DNA of 64,000 bases from Eledone cirrhosa (Eukaryota), in the NCBI GenBank assembly GCA_964016885.1, contig OZ024742.1:205778001-205842000 (forward strand). The letters are read 5' to 3'. The notes under the pieces are model-generated. The model was not told the origin of the DNA and did no database searches. It saw nothing but the letters and a program-made list of their open reading frames with translations. Of the stretch, positions 11,791 to 26,358 are shown one piece after another. The number at the start of each line of letters is the position of its first letter. The stretch's first letter is position 1. Position numbers and translations under genes: made by a program.

Positions 11791-14309
11791 GAATTGTCAC
11801 AAGTTGAATATCTAATTGTGTGCAGGTTTATCAGATCCCAAATATATATCAAAGTCAAACATTTATAAAAATTGATCAAAGTTGACTTAATTTTATGACA
11901 CTCATATAGATTATTAGAGACACAAGGTTTGGAAGCCTCTCTTTTTAAGATATCTTATTTCTAATCTAATTATTTAGAGCAGGAACAGAGGAGGAGATGA
12001 TGATGATATCATCATCATCGTTTTACATCCATCTTGCCATGCTTGCATGGGTTGAATGGTTGAAAATCCAGCCCAACCTTTCACCACCTATTACATTCCT
12101 CCGTCATCTCCTCTGTGAGACTTAGTGATTCAAAATCAACTCTAATCACTTCAGCCCAGATTTTCCTCAGTCTTCCTTCTTCATCTAATGATCATTAGCC
12201 ATATGTATTAGTTGTCCTTCCCAACAGATTCTTTTTCTTGCATGCAACATCTGATTCCTCTTATACCTAGTTTTATCTCTCAGCTCCTAAAGATTCATCA
12301 TCATCATCATCATCATCATCTTTGTTTGATGTCCATCTTCCACGCTAGCATGGGTTAGATGGGAGTTGTCCCACTTGAGGCAAGGTTGGTTGGGTGACCG
12401 TGTCTTGCTCATATAGGACTATCTGGCAGGTTTTCTACAGCTCAATGCCCTTGCTAACACCAACCACATTTACAGTGTGGAACTGGGAACTTTTTATCAT
12501 GTTACCTACACGGCCACATTACAGCGTGGACTGTGTGTTTTTTTGTCGTGGCACCTACATTTGAAGAAATGGTTTAAGCTTTATGACCAAAAGAGTAATT
12601 TAATGTAAATTGCATAACTATGAAATATCATTTTTCTCAGTGTAAATATGTTGCTACATGTACTGAAACTGAAAAGCCCCCCCCCCCCCCCCCCATATCT
12701 GATTTAGAGAAAAGCTATTGACATGTACTGTTTTATCAGATGATAAAATTTGTTAAACCAACTTATGAAAATATGATAACTTAGATGATATTTGGCATGT
12801 AACCAACATATATTAGCATGAGAGAAGAGGATAGATTATTTTGCTTCTGTTAGATGAAAATTCTCCAGTATTACTATTTAGTATTTTATGTTTTATTTCT
12901 GCCAGTAGCTTATTTGCATTTACACATTTATTAGTAATGAAAGTGAAACATTAAATAAAAGAAAAATTACAAACCTAGTGAGAGAAGTAGAAGTGATAAA
13001 ATACATTAGACTAGCAAAATCTATTTCATATTCAAAATGGCTTCCAGGGTCCCCATAAAAATCAGGTCTGTAATGGAACATGAAAGAAATGGAAAAGTAA
13101 GGTGACAATTATTGCTGGTGACAAAAATTAGTAATACGCTATAATAGTTGGTATGTTTAGTCTGAGAGGTTTGTAAAGAGATTGAAATAAATATATAAAT
13201 AGAGGAAATTAGGTCAATATATCCTGCTTGAAATATTGGAACTGATAAAGATTATAAAATAAAAATATAAATAGAATGTTTTACTGATTGAATTATTGTT
13301 ATAAATTTCGTCCTGAAGCTTAATGGATTTGGTTGCTTTACAGATAAAGAAACAAATTATGAAGGAGAGCAATTCTGATATTTTAAAATCACCGACATTA
13401 GCATAAATTTGTCTTTCAAAACTTTCCAAAATATTATTTAATGAATTAACAATGGTTGGTCGATCTGAAGTACCGTATTTCCCAGGGCCGAAAATAGATG
13501 TATTTATCACAAATTCACCAAAATAAGTTTAAAGTAAAATCAATGCCCTTATTAATGACAATATTAACATGAAATCCAACATTTTAGTGTCATAAAACAT
13601 TAAAGTTAAGATATAACAGGCTTGTGTTCCAGTCTTTTTAGTACTGATTTAGCCTTTTGACATTCTAGAATTAATTAAATAAAATTCATGGGTGATGTAG
13701 TTGATGCTCCTTTCCTCTGCAGGTTTCTTAAAAACACCCCCCAAACTATCATCATTCAAAAGCTGTACCTATTTGAAAAACTTGGGCTGCGTTGCAAAGC
13801 AAAGAAGCAATAATTGGACAGAAGTAATGTTTACCTTTAGCAGTTGATTCAATCTTCCTCCTTTCTCCCATCACTCTCTAGGAGCTTAGTTGTGTGTGTG
13901 TGTGTGTTTATTTCTATGAATGTTAAGGAAAGAGAGAGTTGAAGAGAGGCATTCTTTTATGAATAGGATTTAAGCCGCAAGGGAATTTAAGCTTTGTTTC
14001 TCAATAGAGTTTAAGAATGAACTGAGGAAACATTTATCAATATCATGAACATTTTGAATTACACCCTTTGTTGCTCAAATAAATCTGTACTTAAAAGAAA
14101 ACAAAAATAGAGTTATAAAAGATAACTACATTCTTATAAAAGTAAAGAAAACCTTTCTGCAGCTGGCAAAACGACAATTTGATTGGAAGAAAACATCTTT
14201 TAAGAGTAATCAGTTGGATCATTCGGTTGGACACTTGAAGAAAATAAACTCTTTATGTACCACTGGATCTAAACAGATCATAACCTTTGTAGATGTTATC
14301 TTTGTTATA

Positions 14310-14530
14310 ATAATGGTTTCTTATATAGGCACAAGGCCAGCAATTTTGTGGGAGGGGAAAGTCGATTAAATTGACTCGAGTGCGTGACTGGTACTTTATT
14401 TTATCAACCCCTTGAGGATGAAAGGCAAAGTTAACCTTGGCGGGATTGAACTCAGATCACAAAGGGCCGTAATTCTATGCTGCAAAGCATAGCGTCTGAC
14501 TCTCTACCGATACTGCCAATCCACTGCCCT
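14310..14530 (-). mobile_element. SINE family A, long variant, next to the 3' tail of the CRE element
   Basis: Full head, core and tail, including the extra GGGAGGGGAAAGTCGATTAAATTGAC segment. Confidence 0.85.
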
Positions 14531-14539
14531 ATCTTTGTT

Positions 14540-17470
14540 ATAATAATAATAATAATGATAACAACAACAACGATAATAAAAGGAGAAAAGGAAACAAAAG
14601 AAAAAAAGAATAGTAAAATATAGAGAAATAAGAGAAAAAGAAAAAAAAAGAAAGAACGGAAAGGAGAGGGGATGGCAAGAACTCTGGTGTCGCAGAAGAA
14701 AGGGGAGGGTGATTGGGCCTCGGGCATGGGGGCAGAAGTGCTATGCCCCACAGACAAGACTGCAAAAGCATTCCCGTGGACAATGGCCAGTGACACCCAC
14801 TGCAACAGTCACCCAACCTCATGGGGCTCCTTCCGCAGATGGGCCATGACCACTCTGATCTTGCAGAGGAGCTCAGCTGTATGGGGTCCAAGTATGCCTG
14901 TGGTCTCGACGGTGACCGGTGCGAAGAGTAAGCGGTCGGACAAACCATGGTATTTATTTATTTTACATTCTTCTGCAAGGTGGGCTGTGATGCCGAGGCT
15001 TGTGGCCAAAGTGACTAAGCTGGAAGTGGAGAATGTGTCACTGCAGGTGGCATTCTAGATGAGGAATCTACTTCCTTCGAATGCAAAGAGGGTGATTCCG
15101 TCAGGATGCTTGCCATCTCCGCGGCTTAGGCCAGTTGGCTCCAGTTGAGATGGAAAGCCAGTTGCGTCGAGGCTCCTTCTCAGTATGTCGTTGAGAGCAG
15201 CATGTCGGGGGGGGGGGAACCAGCCTGCGCTCTGGTGGCAAGACAGATGGTGCAGGCTGAACTTGTCAACAACTGCCCTGCAGCAGCATTTAATGTGGCT
15301 CGCACACACGGAGGCCAAGGCATTGGGCTACTCTGATCTGAGTGCACTCATCATCAAGAAGGGTACCGGTTGATGTGGAGATCACCGAGTTGAGCCACGC
15401 GCCGCTGTTGGGCTGAGAAGTGGAGTGGAGGCAGGCGGTGTTGGTCCAAACCAGACTCGATCTTCCTAACAGAAGACCTGCAATGGATGTCGTTCCAGTT
15501 ACATTGGACTCTAGTATACTGGGGGACAGAGAGGCCTTCGCCTGTCCAGTAGACCAGAGCCTGTTCCATCACAGGGGTCAGATCAGGTTTGGCCGTTTGG
15601 CTGAGAACCTCGCTGATGAGATCGTGATTGGAGGAGACACAGGAGAGGTAGGCAGGTAAAGCTAGATCCAAAGGTGAGTGGAGGCTGAGGCCACTGAACC
15701 TCGCTGGGAGTGTCGCCTGTACCCAGCCTGTGCTGTCGAAACTGACATTGCAGATAAGTTCTGCATAGTGTGGCATCAAGTTACCCAAGAAAATTTGCGT
15801 GGGGATGGCAAGGTGCACCACACAGCATGAACATGAATTTGGGGAGGATGAAGCAGTTCCTCAAGAGGAAGAGCGCAGGATGAGCGTCAATGAGGCATAG
15901 CCTTTCTGCTGATTGGTCTCCAGGCATTCTCTTATGGCTTTCGGGAGAATGGGAGAGCCGAGAATACATGCAGCATCCTTTGGTGTCAGCCAAGCCAAGG
16001 CCAGGATGGGAGCAGAGTAGGGCATTGCGGTATTGGTCAACTCAGACTTGGTTGGGTTGAACTCAACTCCAAGGAGCTTTACAGCTGGGATGATTTGCCG
16101 AAGGTCCTCAACTACTGTCTCAGCTGGGCCACCCAGGGTCACATCAGCCAAGTACCAGACGTTGAGGGGTTGATGGAGGGGCTCGTCTAATCACGTCTCT
16201 AGGATGGAATCCCGTCTAATGTTGTTGAAAGCGTTAGTCGTGTCCAGCTTCACATGGAGGTGGAATGATGAGGGAGGTGTGTGCTGTATGAAGTGTCTGG
16301 CCACATGATCTGTGGCCTCACAACCACACTTGATTCCCACTCAAGTTGTCTTTGATTGACTTGCAAGCTATCCTGGCTGCAAGTCGTTGGAAGACGTTAC
16401 CCACCATGATGGGGTGGATGCTTCCGTCATTCTTCCTCAGGGCAGTCAAGCTGGCTGAGAAGAAAAGATCGCGGGCATGGCTGGGCAAGTTGACAAGGAG
16501 GAGACAGTTGGTGAGGGCTGTTAATGACTGGAGCATTCGGGCCCCTGCTTCCACTGCGTGAGACAAGATGAGGTCTCTGAGGTGACCAGGGTGCAAGCCA
16601 TCTACTCCGCCACTGTTGCTGCCAGGAAAAGATCTTGGGGCGGCTACCACGTCCTTGCTGGACATTGCCAGGGAGAGATTGCTAGCAGGGGCTGGAGTGT
16701 TCCTGATCTTGACAGGAGGGTCCAGATATTTGAGGCGAAGTGCTGACAAAACATCTAGTGTTGGTCGGAGCACAGCATTGCCCTCAATTAGTTTGAGGTT
16801 GACTCTGTCCCAGAGATATTTTGTGCTGTCGTAGGTGAATTGGGGGAGTTGTGTTGGCACTGGTGGGTAGCACGAAAGTGCCGAGAGGCTCGCGGGTGAA
16901 GGGTCGCAGAAAGCGGTGACATTGCCCTTGAGCCTCAAAACCAGAGAGGGGCCAGATCTGTCTCACGCCGTCGGGTTCCCCACCAACGGGATCCTGAGTA
17001 ATAGAGTCGCAAAACTAAGCAGTCTGGTCCAGTCCCATAAATCGCTTGAGTGAAGTGCTCAGTCAATTGAAGTTGCTAGTATATCAGCCACGGGTGTGCA
17101 GGCAGACCTGGGGATGCTGGTGATGACTCTCCATGATTCGTCTGAATCAAGCAGGCTCAGGTCCCCGTTGGGTCAGGCGTCTGTGATCACCTGTGGTGTC
17201 GGGGTGGATAGGCATGACAGGCAGTGCCACTGGTTCAAGGAATCTGACATGTGTCTTGTGAGTTTGACGCAAGAGAGCTGGAAGAAGCTGTTGTAGTTGG
17301 AGGATTCCTTCCTCTCTTGTGCTTGTTGTGCAGTGTGTACGAGTGGCACCGGTCAACCTCCCGTGGGGTGGAAGGTTGAGGAGAGGCAGGCATTGAGTTC
17401 AGAAGTGTCAGAGGTTAAATCTTCCGTCATATGGGTAAAGAGAAGAGATTCCTGAACCACATGGAAAAGG
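14540..17470 (-). mobile_element. CRE-clade non-LTR retrotransposon (RT plus restriction-like endonuclease), degenerate
   Basis: Fragments SGGVDGLHPGHL, ALRKNDGSIHPIMVGNVFQRLAAR, WYLADVTLGG, QATLPARFSGLSL, CCC...HHLSC, RHAALNDILRRSL...EPTGLSRGDGKHPDGITL (RH..PD RLE motif) and PVTVETTGILG. Simple-repeat 3' tail at 14540-14655. Confidence 0.88.
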
Positions 17471-20400
17471 AGTTTGGGAGCAAGCTAGAATGGAGGATTG
17501 TAAACTGTGTTTGTGGGTAATGTATGCATGATGTTGAGATGAATGTTGCGTGTCCAGGCACTCAAAGCAGCAAGTTCAATAACAGTGCAATAAGAAAAAA
17601 AAAAGGACAGGGAGTCACTAAAACGAAGGAGAGAGGAAGTCAAAAACTGAAAAAGATGCCCTGAGATGCACTGAAATGAAGAAGTGTTGAGATGGATGCT
17701 GTGTGTGTGTGTGTGTGTGTGTGCAAGCATTCAAAATGCCAAATTCGACAAAAGTGCAAAGTTGGAGCCAAAAGATGCTAAAGCACAGAAGAGAGAAAGC
17801 TGAAATTGAAGAATTCTGAGAGGAAAAAAACAAGTATGTGATGAGTTCACGAGACATGTGCCATGCGCAATCATGAACAAAATGTCAAACCGACAATTTG
17901 TTCACTCAATCCCAGCACATATTTCCCCCTGGTACCCCCCCCCCCCATTTAGTACACCAAACTGGGGCTCGAAACAATCAACAAAAGAGTCCTTCTTCAA
18001 TTCAGGATGATGTGATGTGACCTGAAAGAAATATGGCCACCACCTCCAGAAGGTCAAGCAACTGCATAGAGGCCCTCACTCCCTTGCTTCAAACAAACAC
18101 AATTTTTATAGGGATTAAACATAAGACCCATATACTGATGATTTCTTATTAATAGTAGCAGTAATAGTAGTATTATTGTGTGTTGATTGCTGGTATGATG
18201 ATGGTGTATTTTTCCTGTGGTGTTGTTGATGCAGTGGGAGTGCTGTGGTTTTTGTTGTAGCTTATTTTTTTAAAGATTATGCAGTAACTGTTGGCATACT
18301 AACACTTTAGTTTTAAAAGTGTTTTGAATCAGAGGTCAATCAATTGACACACCTGCCTCCTTTTAGAGAAAAAAAAATGGCTTAAGGAGCAAATCAAGTC
18401 ACCCAAAATAGGAAGAAGCAAAAATAACCATTACTAATTTATCATCCAAACAAAGGAAATAGTTTAAAGAAGGAAGAATTATGCATACTATTACGTATGT
18501 ATATGTTCGTGAGGGAGTGTGAGAGGCTTGAGATGGAGACTTGGGATGGAGAAAAAGATAGAAAAGCAGGTTTAGTAAAGATGAAGGGGCCAGCAAACCA
18601 ATCTGCAATAAGGAATACAAATTAATAGCTAATACTTTTGCTTTTCCAACTCTTTCAGAGATACAGAAAATAAATTAACCTCATCTCTTTTGAAGAAAAT
18701 CATGATATATGTAATATTTACAGGAAATGCTTATAGTCTGAGTCATGCATTCACTAGGACAATTACATTTTCATCCTATCATATAAACTGAGAGCAGCAT
18801 AGTTAAATGCTTAAATAGCCAAGACGGCATTAATCGCATACATTTTGATTTCACTCCCATGCCTTAGTCGACACAGTTATTACCCCCCCCCCCCTTTTTT
18901 TTAAAGATGATAAAATAAGTATTAGTATTAATTGTATAAACTGTTATGCAAATGGAAAATGGTGAGACTGTTTCTCACATCATGAATCTTTGAAACACCA
19001 CCATAAATTTGACGAGATGCTGCTTGTCTATTACTCACTTATTATAACTGATTACAGTTAATAAACAATAATTTAGATATTAAAATGAAACAACAACAAA
19101 ATGCAACAACTAAGAGTTGAGTTCTTGATTATTGCTAAGAGTATAAATTAGAGCTCTTTTGTTTATATACATATAAAATCTTATGCTAAGAGGTAATAAT
19201 CTCAGCACCAGTAAATTATCAGAATAAATATAAAGAATCAATATTTTCTTCCTCTGCACAAGGCAAACTGCTTTAGAATTCCTGGTGGAAGAGACATTTC
19301 ACTGATGATTTAAGTGCTGCTAATGTTTTTTTGTTTTTTTGTGAAAAGCAGAATCTTCCAACAATCCATTTCAGTTCCTCTATAAATCAAACTTTTCTCA
19401 GCTTACTCATGTACTCTGCTATACATCCATTTAGTGATTACTCGTCACTACTTTAGGAAGTATGGCAAAGCTTATGCTTCATGGAAAAGGTTTAATAAGG
19501 ATGAAACATGACTGGAGTTATCTGTCATGATTGCCAGAATAATCAAAATAATATTAGTTAATGATTAGTATTGTCTTTTCTTCATTGATTGTTATTTCTA
19601 ATTAACTTTTTAATGATCATTGCATTAAATATACTAACACTAACTCAACTATTGTTTTTCATGAAGCAACATCTTTAGCAACATATATAAATCCAAAGCC
19701 ATTTCTCCAAGTATGATAAATAGTCAAGTGGGGGCTAATACTTTAACCAATTACAATTATACATGCAAAGAAAAGAAGATTATTAACCTCCATAATAATA
19801 TTCTGCTTGTGAAGACATGTGTTCAAATATTTGCTGTAAAAAACTTAACCATGGAATAAAATTGAAGACATAATCAAAATCTTTAACATAATGATTTGAT
19901 TGTTATGAAACTCTTTAAATTTATGCATCAAAATAGAAATAAGAACTTTTATAAAATGCAGAATATCTGAATATCCATGAATTACACTAATCAGGCCTGT
20001 CACCAGGCTTTGGTGCTTGGAAGGGCTTCAGAACATGCAAACACTCACAAACAAACATGTAGTTGCCTCAGGCCTATCCAGCTCTGAGATGACCTAAAGC
20101 TATAAGGTTGACACAAGCCTGTCACAAGAGATTGTGGTCAGGGCATAAAAGAAATAGAAATAAAAAGTGACCACCATAAACTCAAAGGACAGCAGAAAGT
20201 CAGTCACCATCACCTTAACAACAGCCAAATGCATAAAAAATACAAAGTTTTGAAAAGCTTATTCAGGCAGGATTGGGGATACTTGAATGACCCCGGCTGT
20301 CAGAAGTGTCATGGATTTGATCCCATGGATTTGATCCCATTAATAGGGAGGATTTGCCTCTTGAAGCTTAAGCTGAAAGATAGGTAATTGTAGGTGGTGC

Positions 20401-22335
20401 AAGTTTATGGATCAAACAAGGAGTCCAAATACAGATCCTTCCTTGATGAAGTCACTGCATCATCAAATGTAGTTAAGTCACATATCCTAGTGGGAGACTT
20501 TAATGCACATGTTGCCAATGACTACCGACATGGAAAGGAGTGATTGGAAGGAACTGCGATCCCGATCTAAATTCGAATGGAGAGTCCTTATTAGACTTCT
20601 GTTCTAGTAATGAGCTCTCTATTATGAATACCTTCTTTTAACACAAAGGCATCCATACATGGTATAGGAGAATCAGTAACAGAGATCAATAATTGATTTT
20701 GTCTCTGATCTCTTCAATTCAGAGCTGGATGCTTGTGTTAAGAGGGGGCTGAGCTGTCAACTGATCATCATCTCGTTATCTGTAATTTGAAGCTACCAAC
20801 AGCCAAGGAACCCACAGAACTGGCAGGTTCAGGGCGACTAATAAGATAAAGTGGGAAGCATTGGTGGATAATGAAGTCATGAGTAGGGATGCAGATACTA
20901 TTGCATCCAAATTCAAAAACCTTCCTGAGCAAACTGGGGACATTGAAATGAGTGGAGAGTGTTTAAATCAGCAGCTTCTGCTTCAATTGTTAAATGATGT
21001 AAATAAAAGTGGCTTGGTGTGGCAGGAAGACCCCTTCGTTCAATTAAGAAGTCAAAGATGCCATCCAAGCAAAGAAGGAGGCTTACAAGCTTAGTTTGGA
21101 AATAAGTCCTCCTTACACTTACGGTTCAAGCAGGCATGAAGAATCACAGCAGAGACAGTAAAGTCCCCCAAATTTAAGACATATTAGGACTTTGGGGTTA
21201 AGCTGGAATCTGACTTCAGATCAGCAAATAAAGTGTTCTGGCAGACCATCTGCCAAATTTGTAATAATAAGTCCTCCTCCCACACCTGCTATCAGCAACA
21301 TGTCTGGGGTTCTCCTCACTTCACTGAGGTGCATCCTTGTGAGGTGGAGAGAATACTTTGCTGATTTCCTAAAACCTGATCACATCAGCATCTTCTGATG
21401 TACACGAGGTACATCTGGGAGTGGTGACTAATCTCTCAGTGGCTGAAGTCGCAAGAGCAACTAAAGAGCTCAAATGTGGCAAAATCACTGAGGAGGATGA
21501 AACTCAGCCCAATATGTTAAAAGCCTTAAATAAAGAAGGTATTCTCTGACTGATTTGTGTGTGCCAAGTTGCCTGAATTTCTGGAGAGAACCTAAGTAAA
21601 GGCAATCGGTGTTGATAATCCCAATTTTCAAAAAGGGAGACTAGAGAGATTGCTCCAACTATAGAGTGATCTCCTTGTTAAGCATCTCCAGTAAAGTTTG
21701 GAAAGTGTCTGGCAAAGAGATGTAAGGAGATTGTTGAGTCCAGTGTGGCTTTCACACTGCGGCAGATCTTTGAGAAATTGTGGGAGTACTGCAAAGAGGT
21801 GTATGCTTGATTTAAAGACCTCAAAAAGGCATACAACCGCATTCCACAGGACCTGCTGTGGAAGGTTCTGCAGGAGTAGGTGATCAATGGACAGCTTCTT
21901 GTTGCCCTGATTTCTCTATAGGAATGCCCAAGTATTTGTGTTTGAACAAATGCTGTTAAATTGAAACTATTCAAGGGTGCATATTGTCACCTTTCCTGTT
22001 CATAATTTTCATGAACTGGATTGACATGCACAGTCGGGTTGAAGGTGTAAGCTCAGTCAGATGGAATTTGCAGATGACATGGTATTACCTAACTCGTCAG
22101 AAGATGATCTCCAACATGCACTTGGATGCATATTGGAGATCATCATGATGCCAAATGCTGCATAGCTGAAATGAAAATCAGTGCTGCAATGACTGAGACA
22201 CTTCTCCTCTCAAGGAAGCTTGCTCAATGCCCCATATACATGCATGGAGTTCCACTGAAGCAGGTGGAGGAGTTCATATATCTCAGGGCTGTGTTCATGA
22301 GTAAATTAAGTGCAAGAATTGCTGGAGCTGGTGCA

Positions 22336-22545
22336 ATAATTGTTTCTACTTTAGGCACAAGGGGAGGGGAAAGTCGATTAAATCGACCCCAGTACATTAC
22401 TGGCGCTTTATTTTATTGACCCTTTAAGGATGAAAAGCAAAGCTAACCTCGACAGGATTTGAACTCAGAACGTAAAGGGCCGTAACTCTATGTCACAAAG
22501 TATGTTATCCGATGCCCTACCAATACTGTCAATCCACCGCCCTGT
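22336..22545 (-). mobile_element. SINE family A (long variant) inserted in the RTE LINE
   Basis: Flanked by imperfect TSD GCTGGTGCAATAAT / GTTGATGCAATAAT. Confidence 0.85.
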
Positions 22546-22712
22546 TGATGCAATAATGTGCCAGCTTCAGCATTCAGTAATCAGAAGAAGGGAGGTGGTG
22601 TAAAAACCAAACTGGTTATCTTCAATTCAGTTCATGCCAACCGTCACGAATTTTGGGTAATGAATATAAGTGACTGAAATGGAGTTGCTCTGAAGGGTCT
22701 TTGGAGTAATAT

Positions 22713-22892
22713 TTGTTTCTACTTTAGGCACAAGGCCAGCAATTACCCAGTGCATTACTGGTACTTTATTTTATCGACCCCGTAAGGATGAAAGGCAAAG
22801 TCAACCTCGGCGGGATTTGAACTCAGATCGTAAAGGGACGTAACTATGCTGGAAAGCATGGCGTCCGACCTTCTACCGATACTGCCAATCCA
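22713..22892 (-). mobile_element. Young SINE family A copy (short variant)
   Basis: Nearly identical to 11211-11388 and 50011-50190. Confidence 0.9.
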
Positions 22893-25800
22893 ATTATTCG
22901 ATAGAGGGTGTAGCTCAAAGATTAGAGAATTGCTCTAAGTAGAGCTGCTACTTTTTCGAATTGAGAGATAATGCTCCGATACTTTGGTCATTCCATGAGA
23001 ATATCTTGATCAGCCTACAAACTTTTCAGCTGACCATTGTACATACATTCAAAACTCTTTACGTTCTTCATGGCATTAGTTGCAACCATAATACCATATA
23101 GATTTTGAATTCAGTACTGAAATCTTTGAAACATTCATCATTCTTTAATGTATACAGTACAGTTGTTGCTTACAGCAGCGAGCTGTACCTCTGCATGCTA
23201 TCTATTTCCAACAAAGTGAATTGGAAATTTGAGAGGTGTCTTTTCGTAAGCAGTGCTGCAAATTTCTATACTTTGGAAAATAGGCTGATATTGTTGACCA
23301 GCTGCATAATAAAAGCATGTAGCTTAGTGGTTAGGGCATTTGGTCCACAATCATAATATTATAAGTCTAAATCCCTGAAAAATGACATGTTGAGTCATTT
23401 ATGTTAAGAGTGCATGTGTCTGTTGAAAGCTCAGACGCTTGCATGTTATTTTTATCATTGTTTCAAATAACTGAATCACTTGTCGAAACCAATGAAATTC
23501 CATCACCAACAATAACTTTAAGAACTTCAAGTAAAACAGATAGAACAAAGACAATCCAGTGCACTGGTTCCAAACCTCTGGCCCATGGATCCCTAGGAGA
23601 AGGGTCCTCAAAGATAGTATTAGGGGTTCATGAACTTGTTGAGGACAAAGACTTTTCAAAAGATTGGGCTCCAAGGGAAAATTCACTTAAATAAACAAGC
23701 CCCTTGGAAACCACAGTTCTAGTGAAAAAGCTCTGGTTTAATCAATCGGTTAAGACAGTTGACAACTTTTACAATGTATTTTCCATATTCTGGCAGAAAA
23801 AACAACAAAAACATTGCTTTTATTCTACAAGAAGTAGAAGCTTCACTTCTGAAAGGCTTAAAAGGAATTACAAAAGCAAGATTTATTTACCAGGAAATGT
23901 CCCAGGTGCATCCAAAAACACAGTTTTTGGTAATGTGACAATGCTAATCTTAGAATGAAAGGAGTGTTGGTCCTGAATTGGAAATCCTGGTTGTTGGAAA
24001 TTGTCTGAAATGTGTGATTTTTATCTGTAGTTTGAACATAAAAATCTGCTTGTTGAATAACACCTGATTCAACAAGTAGTCTTAGCAATAGAGGGGACTA
24101 TCTTCTTACTTGAGATCTGATGAATATTGATAGAAATGTTGAGAGAAAAAAGAGGAATATAAATAAGAATTTTATTCTTGTATGAAATGAGGATCAACTT
24201 GGTTTCTTTGAATGAAATGCTATTGAAGGAGTTGTTTTTTTATAACTGAGTACAATCGAAAGACTGCTGCTTCTTCTGTACTGCTTTGATTGGGTTTGAA
24301 GTATAAAGAAAAGAATATATAGAGAAGAATACATAATCTAAGAATGGATTGCATGAATTGAATAATAGAAAATAGTTAATTAACAATATGGATAGTAAAT
24401 CAGCTACTTGAGAGATCACAGCAGTGTGATGATTGAATAAAAATATGTTGAAGTGTGTGTGTTTGGGGGGAGGGGGGGATAATTATTTGGATGGTGTCAT
24501 AATTTGTCAAAAACTGGAATTATATTAAAGCAATTTCTTTTTATTTAATAAATTTCCTGAAAAAAATGTTAGCTCTTTGGGTGAGGAAAAGAACAGTTTG
24601 TTTACTGTTTTAGCTATGATAATCGCAATATAGTAAATCCTGTTTTACTTCCTGACAAATATTTCAGTCCTGGAAATATTCCTAATTTTCAAAATAAATT
24701 CTAACTGAACAGTCAATAACATTTACTTTATTAGGGCTATTTTCACAGCTGTCTCTGTTCTTCTGTTACCAAGAGATAGTGGCTGTTATTTTGAAATAAA
24801 ACCTATAGATAACAACTGTAAAACAGTAAGTAGATAGACCAAGCATTAGTACATGTATAGTAATTATTTTCTTCATATTCATTTAGACATATTTTAAGTA
24901 AGAATAAAATTGCTGTTGTTCATTGACTTAGCTGTGTTTCATATGAACTGAAGCCTTATGGTTAACAAATAAACAGAACGAAGTATACAAGACTCACAAA
25001 TAAACAAATTACAAATTTCCAAATTAGAGTCAATTTAAAAATGTGAACATAGAAATTCTACACTCTTCTGGGTTAGTTCCCTAGCAGTATTTTTATTGTG
25101 TATACTTCCAGAATACTAGCCCACATCATCTGAGTAAATGAAAGGTAAATAAAGATATTGATAAGAACTGTTTGACTGGAAATGTTTTATTGTTGTTAAA
25201 GGAGTGCTTGTTGTTGTTGTTTTCTTACATTTTAGGCTTTTCTCCAAACCATGGTTTTGTTTATTTATTTCCACTTTAGCACCCTCTACATAATTCTGCT
25301 ATGAGAAGATAAGATAAGATTTGCAAGTCAGCCTTTAACAAATTACAAATGTTAACATTTGAATAGTTTCATATTGTTATAGTTTTCAAATGTTCAGTTT
25401 TTTTAATTTTTATTACCTCTAATGTTCTAAATACCAGCCATTAAGACCTTTAAAATCATTTTAACAACTTGGGTGGAAACTGCAAGAGTATATACTTTCA
25501 CTGTATAGGGTCGGTGGTGAAGAAAGATGGTGAGGGTAAAAAGAAAGCAGAGATTTGAAAATAAATAAAGTGCTGCTTAGTTGCAATCTTTTTCTTTTCT
25601 CTTTATACTATAAATTGTTTTTAGTGTTACTGATGTATCATTTTCTTACATTTTCTCTTATTTCATTAAAATTTTTCTGAAGTAGTAGAATGATACAACA
25701 AAATGGATAAGAGATAATTTTATTTTTTCTGTTTTCTTAATATATATATACACTGATACATACACATATATATGCATATATATATGTATGTATTAAAAGG

Positions 25801-26358
25801 GGTGATGAGTACTTTAGAAGACAGATTGAGTTTATTGTGTTTACAACTTGAACTTGCTCTAGGTCAACAGTAAATGTAAAGAACTAAAAGCAGGTAGACA
25901 TTTACAAGGAAGTAGCAATGTTACCAGGTGAAACAATTTCAAGAGGGTGGACTACATCAGAATAATCATGGTGTATGTGTATGAGATGATATGCAAGTGT
26001 AAAGCTGTTTAATAATTACACATACAGGACAGTTTATGTGAAGGGGGCGTTGTAGTATGCATAACTTTGAAGACAACCAAGGGTCAAGGCTACCAGAGTG
26101 TGTGCAATAGAGGTGCGTTATAGAGTCTACATATGTTCACAATGTGAGATGTGTGTACATTTGTCAGACAGTAGGTGTAGACAAATTTCTGAATCTATTT
26201 TACCGTAGTTACATATGTCTTTGACTTGTAAGTATATATATGTAAAGCTGGTGACATGTGTGTTTACTTACCTTTGAACATAGTTATAACATAAAAGACA
26301 TGATTCATTTAATTAATTATTTAAAGAAAAAGCAATGCTGCTTTTCTCTTTAATAATA

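Larger units (their letters stand above)
20230..22985 (+). mobile_element. RTE-clade LINE (APE endonuclease plus RT), heavily degenerate, interrupted by two SINEs
   Basis: QVYG (about 20400), ILVGDFNAHV (about 20485), LSTDHHLV (about 20755), KKGD*RDCSNYRVISLL (about 21630), FADD (about 22070), LKQVEEFIYL. Confidence 0.85.

Noticed and set aside
23399-24088. Stop-codon recoding or editing-rescued ORF (several in-frame TGA)
   Set aside because: TAA/TAG stops also occur, the coding strand is ambiguous, and there is no homology or SECIS evidence. Decay or chance is simpler.
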